Of a stretch of DNA of 12,687 nt, positions 6,637-12,687 are shown piece by piece. The position numbers were made by a program, and so were the translations under genes. The stretch is from positions 1-12,687 of the forward strand of contig JBGANF010000189.1 in assembly GCA_044222475.1 (NCBI GenBank). The letters are read 5' to 3'. The notes beneath the pieces were generated by a model. That model saw nothing but the letters and a program-made list of their open reading frames with translations, made no database searches and had not been told where the DNA came from. The stretch is from Polyangiaceae bacterium. Lineage in GTDB: Bacteria > Myxococcota_A > Polyangia > Polyangiales > Polyangiaceae. The first letter of the stretch is position 1; each line of letters opens with the position of its first letter.

Positions 6637-7851
6637 ATGCCGTTCGAGTGGTTCGTCGCGCTCCGCTACCTCCGCCAGGCGAAATCGCAGACGGCGCTCA
6701 TCCTCGCAGCGGTTGCCGTCGGCGTCAGCGTCATCGTGTTCCTCTCCGCGCTCATCGACGGGCTGCAGGCGAGCCTGATCACGCGCACGCTCGGCTCGCA
6801 ACCGCACGTGACGATTCACCCGTCCGACGAAGCCGCGCGGTCGCTCGCCGACGACGACGTGAAGGTGACGAACACGATCGAGAAGGCCCCGCAGCGACTC
6901 CGCTCGATCGATCAATGGCCCGAGGTGCTCGCTCAGGTCGAACGCGTCCCTGGCGTGCTCGACGCGTCGCCGACGGTGACGGGCGCCGGATTCGCGGAGC
7001 GCGGCAACGCGAGGCGGCCCATCATCGTCCGAGGGATCGACCCGGAGAGGTTCCTCGGCGTCATCGACGTTCGCGCGAAGATGGTGACCGGCCGATTCGA
7101 CGTTTCGGGCGCCGTCGTCGTCGTCGGCTCGGTGCTCGCAGAAGACCTCGGCGTCTGGGTCGGCGACAAGATTCGCATCAGTACGCCGGAGGGCGTGGAC
7201 GATCTCGTGACCATCGCCGGTGTGTTCAGCCTCGGCGCCAAGCCGGTGGATGGCACCTGGGTTCTGACGTCGCTGCGCCAAGCGCAGTCGCTGTACGGGC
7301 TTCCGGGCGGGGCGACCACGATCGAGCTCCGGGTCGCGAACGTGTTCGACGCGGAGCACGTCGCCGTCGACGTCCATGATCGCACCGGTCTGGTCGCCGA
7401 CAGCTGGATGAAGATCAACGCAGAGCTTCTCTCGGGGCTCCAAGCGCAGAGCAGCTCGAAGCTGATGATCCAGTTCTTCGTGGTCGTCGCCGTCGCGCTC
7501 GGCATCGCGAGCGTGCTCATCGTGTCGGTCGTCCAGAAATCGCGCGAGATCGGCATTCTTCGAGCATTCGGTACGGCATCCCGGCTCGTGCTCAAGGTGT
7601 TCCTGATCCAGGGTGGCCTGCTCGGCTTCGGTGGATCGATCATCGGCTGCGCGCTCGGCGCCCTCTTCTCGATCGCGTTCCAGAGCGTGGCCCTCGACCC
7701 GGATGGAAAGCCTCGCTTTCCGGTGGAGCTCAGTCCGTCGCTCTTCCTCGGCGCATCCGCGCTCGCCATCGGCGTCGGTCTCGCTTCGGCGTGGATCCCG
7801 GCGCGTCGCGCATCCAAGCTCGATCCTGCCACCGCGATTCGCTATGGCTAA
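6637..7851 (+). CDS. ABC transporter permease, FtsX/MacB/LolC-E family, 404 aa
   Basis: MPFEWFVALRYLR start, TM1, a large periplasmic domain (RGIDP, LAEDLGVWVGDKI), VVQKSREIGILRAFG, three further TMs and the C-terminal WIPARRASKLDPATAIR. It starts 1 nt after the adaptor stop. Confidence 0.93.
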   Translation: MPFEWFVALRYLRQAKSQTALILAAVAVGVSVIVFLSALIDGLQASLITRTLGSQPHVTIHPSDEAARSLADDDVKVTNTIEKAPQRLRSIDQWPEVLAQVERVPGVLDASPTVTGAGFAERGNARRPIIVRGIDPERFLGVIDVRAKMVTGRFDVSGAVVVVGSVLAEDLGVWVGDKIRISTPEGVDDLVTIAGVFSLGAKPVDGTWVLTSLRQAQSLYGLPGGATTIELRVANVFDAEHVAVDVHDRTGLVADSWMKINAELLSGLQAQSSSKLMIQFFVVVAVALGIASVLIVSVVQKSREIGILRAFGTASRLVLKVFLIQGGLLGFGGSIIGCALGALFSIAFQSVALDPDGKPRFPVELSPSLFLGASALAIGVGLASAWIPARRASKLDPATAIRYG

Positions 7852-8560
7852 CCCGTCGTCTGCGGTCCTCCGCGTCGAGGCGGTCATCAAGGAGTTCGGC
7901 GAACGAGTCGTCAGCCGCGTCCTCCACGGGATCGATCTGGCGATCGATCGCGGTGACTTCGTCGCCCTCGTGGGTCCGTCGGGCTGTGGGAAGAGCACGC
8001 TCCTCAACCTCGTCGGGCTCCTCGATCGTCCCACCTCGGGACGAGTGATCCTCGACGGTCGCGATACGGGTCCACTCGACGACTCCGATCTCACGGAGCT
8101 ACGAGGGAAGACCCTCGGCTTCATCTTCCAGTTCCACCATCTCCTCCCCGACTTCACCGCCGTCGAGAACGTGATGCTGCCGTCTTGGGCCGAGGAAGGT
8201 GCACCGACTCGCGCGATGCGCCAGCGCGCGGAGGAGCTTCTCGCCGAAGTCGGCGTCGCAGAGCGAATGCGCGCTCGAGTGACCGATCTCTCCGGCGGAC
8301 AGCAGCAGCGTGTCGCGATCGCGCGTGCTCTCGCCCACGATCCCGCGCTCGTCCTCGCGGACGAGCCGACCGGCAACCTCGACACCGAGTCGTCGCGTGA
8401 AGCGTTCGCTCTGATGCGGAGGTTCAACCGCGAGCGCCGAACGGCGTTTCTCATCGTAACCCACGATCGGTCGATCGCCGCCCAGTGCGACCGCACGATC
8501 GAGATGCTCGATGGCCGCATCGTGGCGGACGAGCTGCACCCTGCGACCGAGGTCTCATGA
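7844..8560 (+). CDS. ABC transporter ATP-binding protein, LolD/MacB-type, 238 aa
   Basis: Start ATG 7844 (MANPSSAVLRVE), overlapping the permease end by 8 nt. Walker A GPSGCGKST, Q-loop GFIFQFHHLL, signature LSGGQQQRVAIARAL, Walker B/D-loop LVLADEPTGNLD, H-loop IVTHD. Confidence 0.95.
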   Translation: MANPSSAVLRVEAVIKEFGERVVSRVLHGIDLAIDRGDFVALVGPSGCGKSTLLNLVGLLDRPTSGRVILDGRDTGPLDDSDLTELRGKTLGFIFQFHHLLPDFTAVENVMLPSWAEEGAPTRAMRQRAEELLAEVGVAERMRARVTDLSGGQQQRVAIARALAHDPALVLADEPTGNLDTESSREAFALMRRFNRERRTAFLIVTHDRSIAAQCDRTIEMLDGRIVADELHPATEVS

Positions 8561-9258
8561 TGGAGAGACATCCGAAACACCAAGAACGACACTTCTCGGG
8601 TGGCGACGTACTCCGCGACGTCGTCATCGGAATGTCCGACGGATTGACGGTACCGTTCGCCCTGGCCGCGGGCCTCTCGGGCGCCGTCGCCGCGTCGCAC
8701 CTCGTCGTCACCGCGGGCGCGGCGGAGATTACCGCCGGCGCGATCGCGATGGGCCTCGGCGGCTACCTCGCGTCGCGCGGCGAGCTCGAGCACTTCGACT
8801 CCGAGCGCGCGCGCGAGGTCGCCGAGGTGAAGGCCGTGCCCTCGATCGAGGCGAAGGAGATCGTCGAGATCTTCGCCGGATACGGAGTGACCGCCGAAGA
8901 GGTGGCGCCGCTCATCGCGAGCCTGCGCAAACGCCCCGAGGCGTGGGTCGACTTCATGATGCGCTTCGAGCTCGGGCTCGAACGACCCAACCCGCGGCGG
9001 GCGCTCACGAGCGCGCTCACGATCGGTCTCGCCTACGTGGCGGGGGGCATCGTGCCGCTCGTCCCCTACATCGCCCTCGCCGATTCCCGTCGTGCGCTCT
9101 TCGTCTCTGCCGGGATGACGATCGTCGCGCTGTTCGTCTTCGGCTGGATCAAGAACAGAGTCGTCGGGCAGCCGCCGCTCCGAGGCGCGATACAGACGGC
9201 GCTCATCGGGAGCGTCGCAGCGGGTGCGGCGTTCGCGCTCGCCCACCTCTTCGGCTGA
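8557..9258 (+). CDS. VIT1/CCC1 family Fe2+/Mn2+ transporter, ~233 aa
   Basis: LRDVVIGMSDGLTVPFALAAGL, AEITAGAIAMGLGGYLA, a Glu-rich cytoplasmic domain (ELEHFDSERAREVAE...EAKEI...FMMRFELGL), then GGIVPLVPY and LFVFGWIK. It starts at an ATGATG overlapping the ATPase TGA; the start is either 8557 or 8560. Confidence 0.95.
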   Translation: MMERHPKHQERHFSGGDVLRDVVIGMSDGLTVPFALAAGLSGAVAASHLVVTAGAAEITAGAIAMGLGGYLASRGELEHFDSERAREVAEVKAVPSIEAKEIVEIFAGYGVTAEEVAPLIASLRKRPEAWVDFMMRFELGLERPNPRRALTSALTIGLAYVAGGIVPLVPYIALADSRRALFVSAGMTIVALFVFGWIKNRVVGQPPLRGAIQTALIGSVAAGAAFALAHLFG

Positions 9259-9288
9259 CCGACGCCGTGCCCGGTCGAATCGACCCCA

Positions 9289-9335
9289 CGGCTCGACCCT
9301 GCGCCGAAGCCGAGCACCGGCAGGGGGGCGAGCCG
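9289..9335. other. GC-rich imperfect inverted repeat downstream of the VIT1 gene (possible 3'-end hairpin)
   Basis: CGGCTCG (9289-9295) pairs with CGAGCCG (9329-9335), and CCCTGC (9297-9302) pairs with GCAGGG (9320-9325), enclosing a 17-nt loop. There is no U-tract, so it is not a classical intrinsic terminator. Confidence 0.45.
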
Positions 9336-9464
9336 GCGAGCCCGGCGCATGTCGTCTGGAAGTCGAGAGAGTCGAAGGTTCTCGTCGATCCCACGCTTCG
9401 AGAGCAACGAGATGTCGAGACGGGATCGGTGCATGTGACCTCAGCCTTAACCGTCGCGATCGAC

Positions 9465-9470
9465 TACAAT
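9465..9470 (+). promoter_or_regulatory. Putative -10 element for rimI
   Basis: TACAAT (5/6 match to TATAAT, uncommon in this GC background) lies 9 nt before ATG 9480. No SD and no well-spaced -35. Confidence 0.5.
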
Positions 9471-9479
9471 GGCCGAACC

Positions 9480-9998
9480 ATGCCCGACAAGCGCGCGCGA
9501 ATCGTCGTCGAGGTCATGGGCGATGGCGACATCGACGACGTCCTCGAGATCGAAGGTGCGTCGTTCGAGCGCACCGGGAGCGACGGACGTCTCGACGGCA
9601 CGCGCCTGCGCGAAGAGCTCGCGCGCGCGTGGGCTCGGCTCTGGGTCGCGCGCAGCGAGCCGAAGGGGAAGGCGCGCGCCTTCCTGGTCGCGTGGCACGT
9701 CGTCGACGAGCTCCACATCCTCGACGTCGCGACGACGCCCGCGCTCCGTCGCCGAGGCTTCGCCCGCGCCCTGCTCGAGGTCGTTCTGCGCTATGCGCGG
9801 GACCGCGGCGTTCGCCACCTCCTCCTGGAGGTGAGGCGCTCCAACGTCGCGGCGATCAAGCTCTACCGTGCCCAGGGGTTCTGGGCGATGGGCGTCAGGC
9901 CGAAGTACTACCCGGACGGCGAAGACGCGGTGGAGATGGTGCTCCGCCTGGACGAACGAGGCGCGGTAGTGGGTTCGAAAGACGAAATCGCGATCTGA
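9480..9998 (+). CDS. rimI: Ribosomal-protein-alanine N-acetyltransferase (RimI-like GNAT), 172 aa
   Basis: DIDDVLEIEGASF, WHVVDELHILDVA, the acetyl-CoA motif PALRRRGFARALL, and LEVRRSNVAAIKLY...GF...GVRPKYY.DGEDAVEM. This is the 3' part of ORF 8511..9998; start placed at ATG 9480. Confidence 0.88.
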   Translation: MPDKRARIVVEVMGDGDIDDVLEIEGASFERTGSDGRLDGTRLREELARAWARLWVARSEPKGKARAFLVAWHVVDELHILDVATTPALRRRGFARALLEVVLRYARDRGVRHLLLEVRRSNVAAIKLYRAQGFWAMGVRPKYYPDGEDAVEMVLRLDERGAVVGSKDEIAI

Positions 9999-10024
9999 GT
10001 CAAAACCGGGCGGACTTTTTTGTC

Positions 10025-10030
10025 TAAGCT
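10025..10030 (+). promoter_or_regulatory. Putative -10 element for a leaderless TPR-peptidase transcript
   Basis: TAAGCT (TAnnnT) follows a T-tract and lies 7 nt before GTG 10038. The pyrimidine-rich spacer TCCACCC has no SD. Confidence 0.45.
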
Positions 10031-10037
10031 TCCACCC

Positions 10038-12687
10038 GTGCGCATCAAGACCGTCCTTCCGCTCCTCGCCGTCGTCCTCTGTCCCGCCGCCGCCGCGTTC
10101 GCGGATCGCCCGGCGCCTCCCACTGCCGGCAGTGGCAGCGCGTCCGCGAGCGCCAGCGCGACGGGCCCGCAGACACCGCCTCCCGCTCCCGGGACGATCG
10201 CCGCCGCCGTCGCCGCCGCGCGCGAGCAGGGAAACTACGCCGACGCCGAGAAGCAGCTCCTCGCGATCAAAGGCGCCGAGGCCCCGCAAGCTCTCCTGAC
10301 GCTCGCGCGCCTCTGCTTCGATCAAGGCCGCTACGCCGACGCCGAGAAATACGCGAACCAGGCCGGAGCGACGAAGCGCGTCGAAGGCGCGGCCCTGCGC
10401 GCGCAGATCCTGTTCGTCAGCGGCAAGCGCGACGACGCGATCAAGCTGCTCGAGGCGAACGCGAAGGAGAAGGGCCCGGCCGGTCGCGAGATCCGCATCC
10501 TCCTCGGCGAGTACCGCATCAAGATGGGCAAGCGCGAAGACGCCGAGGCGCCGCTCATGGAGATCATCCAGGAGTACAACAGCGACGCCATCACCGAGTC
10601 GGATGGGCCCGGCATGGCGATGGTCGGGCGCGCGGCGTACCTCTTGAAGTCGTTCAAGGACGCAAACAAGGCGTACCAGGACTCGGAGCGCGGAACGGCC
10701 ACCGACATCCGCCGCATGCTGTGGCAGGCCGAGATGTACCTCGACAAGTACAACACGGGCCGCGCCGAAGAGTTCACCAAGAAGGCGCTCAAGGTCGCGC
10801 CGCGCAACCCCGACGCGCTCGTCATGCTCGCGCGGGTCAAGCTCGACCAGACGCTCGACTTCGAGGCCGCCGAGGAGCTCATCAAGAAGGCCCTCGCGAT
10901 CAACCCGCGCCACCCTGGCGCGTTCGCGATCCGCGCCGGCATCGAGCTGCGCGACGCCGACATCGACGACGCCGAGAAGGCGATCGCCGAAGGCATGAAG
11001 AGCGATCCGAACGACCTCGAGCTCTGGGCGCTCAAGGCGGCGGCCCGCTTCCTCTCCGACGACAAGCCCGGCTACGAAGCCGCGAAGAAGGAAGCGCTCA
11101 CGAGGAACCCGCAGTACGGGAACTTCTTCATCATCGTCGGCGAGTACGCCGAGTGGGAGCACCGGTACGACGACATCGTCACGATGATGAAAGAGGGGAC
11201 CACCGTCGATCCCAAGGACGGCAAGGTCTGGGCCCAGCTCGGGCTCACTCAGATGCGCAACGGTGACGAGACCGGCGGCCGCGCGTCGCTCGACCAAGCG
11301 TGGTCGAAGGACAAGTACAACGTGCGCGTCTACAACACGCTCGAGCTCTACGACAAAGCGATCGGGCCCGAGTACGATCTCGTCCCGGACGGTGCGTTCA
11401 AGATCCGGTACCCCAAGCCGGAGGAAGACGTCCTCAAGCGCTACGTGCCGACGTTCCTCGGCGAGGCGTGGGCCTCGATGAAGGCGCGCTACGGCTACGT
11501 CCCGACGACGCCGGTGCAGGTCGAGCTCTACGGTCCGGTTCAGGCGAAGGGCTGGCAGGACGCGCGCCAACAGTTCTCGGTGCGCACCGCCGGTCTTCCC
11601 AACATCGGCATCCAGGGCGTGTGCTTCGGCCACGTCGTCGCGGCGATGAGCCCCGCGTCCGAGCCGTTCAACTGGGGCAACGTCGTCTGGCACGAGCTCG
11701 GTCACGTCTTCGCGATCCAGATCTCGAAGAACCACGTCCCGCGCTGGTTCACCGAGGGCCTCAGCGAGTACGAGACGATCGCGCGCCGCTCCGAGTGGCA
11801 GCGCGAGCTCGATCCCGAGTTCTACATGGCGCTCCAGCGGAACACTCTGCCGACCGCCGTCGACATGAACCGCGCGTTCACCCACGCGACGAACGCCGAA
11901 GACGTGACCGTCGCCTACTACGCCGCGAGCCAGATGCTCGTCTACACCGTGACCACGTTCGGCATGAACAAGGTCGTCGCTGCGCTGAAGCTCTGGGGCG
12001 ACGGGAAGAAGACCGCCGAGGTCATCCAGCAAGCGTTCGGCGTGAGCGCCGCCGACTACGACAAAGGGTTCCGCGCGTGGGCGAACGGCCGCCTCGAGCG
12101 CTACAAGGGTCAGTTCATCCCCGCCGAGCGACCCCCGAAGGATCTCGACGTCGCGCTCGACCTCGTGAAGAAGAACCCGAACGACGTCGATGCGCACATC
12201 GACCTCGCGGCGTCCTACGTCGACGAAGGAAAGAAGAAGGAAGGCCTCGCCGAGATCGAGGCCGCTCTCAAGCTCGACCCGAAGCACCCGCGCGCGAACT
12301 ACTGGGCGTTCCGCTTCGCGAAGTCCCAGCAAGACATGCCCGCCGCCGAGCGCGCCCTCGCGAACCTCCAAGCTCGAGGCGACGGATTCTGGGTTCGCAT
12401 GCAGCTCGCCGTCCTCGCCAACGCGAAGAAGGACAAAGCGGGGATGAAGACCCAAGTCGAGGCGGCGTACCGCTTCGACCCGACCCAACCCGAGCCACTG
12501 AAGGCGCTCATCAAGTTCGCCGTCGAGGAGAACCGCGACGCCGACCAGATCGCGCTGCTTCGCCGCTACACCCAGCTCGAGCAGCACGATCAGGACATGT
12601 GGACGCTCTTCCTCGGGCTCCTCGTCGATCAGAAGCAGTGGGCCGAAGCGGTGAAGGTCGGCGAGAGCGCGATCTTCGTCGACGTCC
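10038..12687 (+). CDS. Exported tetratricopeptide-repeat protein with a central zinc metallopeptidase (gluzincin, peptidase MA-like) domain, >883 aa, 3'-truncated
   Basis: Translated by hand; not in the ORF track because there is no stop in the window. GTG 10038 starts MRIKTVLPLLAVVLCPAAAAFA-D (signal peptide), followed by a Ser/Pro/Ala linker and many TPR-like repeats (e.g. ALLTLARLCFDQGRYADAEKY, KKALAINPRHPGA). Then come QFSVRTAGLPNIGIQGVCFG, VVWHELGHVF (11691-11705), VPRWFTEGLSEYE (E at 11754), AYYAASQML and further TPRs (EAALKLDPKHPRA). Strong GC3 codon bias. Confidence 0.92.
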   Translation, partial: MRIKTVLPLLAVVLCPAAAAFADRPAPPTAGSGSASASASATGPQTPPPAPGTIAAAVAAAREQGNYADAEKQLLAIKGAEAPQALLTLARLCFDQGRYADAEKYANQAGATKRVEGAALRAQILFVSGKRDDAIKLLEANAKEKGPAGREIRILLGEYRIKMGKREDAEAPLMEIIQEYNSDAITESDGPGMAMVGRAAYLLKSFKDANKAYQDSERGTATDIRRMLWQAEMYLDKYNTGRAEEFTKKALKVAPRNPDALVMLARVKLDQTLDFEAAEELIKKALAINPRHPGAFAIRAGIELRDADIDDAEKAIAEGMKSDPNDLELWALKAAARFLSDDKPGYEAAKKEALTRNPQYGNFFIIVGEYAEWEHRYDDIVTMMKEGTTVDPKDGKVWAQLGLTQMRNGDETGGRASLDQAWSKDKYNVRVYNTLELYDKAIGPEYDLVPDGAFKIRYPKPEEDVLKRYVPTFLGEAWASMKARYGYVPTTPVQVELYGPVQAKGWQDARQQFSVRTAGLPNIGIQGVCFGHVVAAMSPASEPFNWGNVVWHELGHVFAIQISKNHVPRWFTEGLSEYETIARRSEWQRELDPEFYMALQRNTLPTAVDMNRAFTHATNAEDVTVAYYAASQMLVYTVTTFGMNKVVAALKLWGDGKKTAEVIQQAFGVSAADYDKGFRAWANGRLERYKGQFIPAERPPKDLDVALDLVKKNPNDVDAHIDLAASYVDEGKKKEGLAEIEAALKLDPKHPRANYWAFRFAKSQQDMPAAERALANLQARGDGFWVRMQLAVLANAKKDKAGMKTQVEAAYRFDPTQPEPLKALIKFAVEENRDADQIALLRRYTQLEQHDQDMWTLFLGLLVDQKQWAEAVKVGESAIFVDV

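Noticed and set aside
6637..8560. Calling the ABC pair lolC/E-lolD
   Set aside because: The motifs are family-level only, and coupling to a membrane-fusion adaptor indicates a MacAB-type system rather than Lol.
6592..9246. 884-aa minus-strand ORF
   Set aside because: Antisense shadow of the permease, ATPase and VIT1 genes; Arg-rich with no domain signature.
8511..9479. Apparent 495-aa RimI fusion ORF (8511..9998)
   Set aside because: The upstream 323 codons are an off-frame overlap of VIT1 plus intergenic DNA; only 9480-9998 is GNAT-like.
9998..10021. Possible intrinsic terminator after rimI (AGTC...GACT followed by a T run)
   Set aside because: The stem is only ~4 bp with a large loop, too weak to call; the T-tract may instead belong to the next promoter.
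9447..12587. 1046-aa minus-strand ORF
   Set aside because: Mirror frame of rimI and the TPR-peptidase gene; the plus strand carries the signal peptide, TPRs and HExxH.
1..12687. CRISPR array, IS/transposase, integrase, rRNA
   Set aside because: No regularly spaced repeats, terminal inverted repeats, recombinase motifs or rRNA-like sequence were seen.

Overview
High-GC bacterial DNA, most likely from a myxobacterium (Myxococcota, Polyangiales-like); this is an inference from composition and gene types. On the minus strand at the left, a compact cobalamin riboswitch (~2380-2543) precedes a BtuB-like TonB-dependent receptor (394-2376). That gene is translationally coupled to a lipoprotein gene that runs off the window (1-397) and is absent from the ORF track. 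Divergently on the plus strand lies a tightly packed six-gene string: a small soluble, sensor-less MCP-like protein with a degenerate signalling tip, a CheA with two HPt domains, a MacA-type adaptor, a FtsX/LolC-E-type permease, a LolD/MacB-type ATPase and a VIT1/CCC1 metal transporter. After a ~220-bp structured intergenic region come a RimI-like acetyltransferase and a large exported TPR + gluzincin (peptidase MA-like) protein that runs off the right end and is also absent from the ORF track. No tRNA, rRNA, CRISPR array or mobile element is supported. The best candidates for undescribed biology are the orphan two-gene MCP/dual-HPt CheA module wired to an exporter and back-to-back with the B12 promoter, and the B12-regulated receptor + lipoprotein pair.
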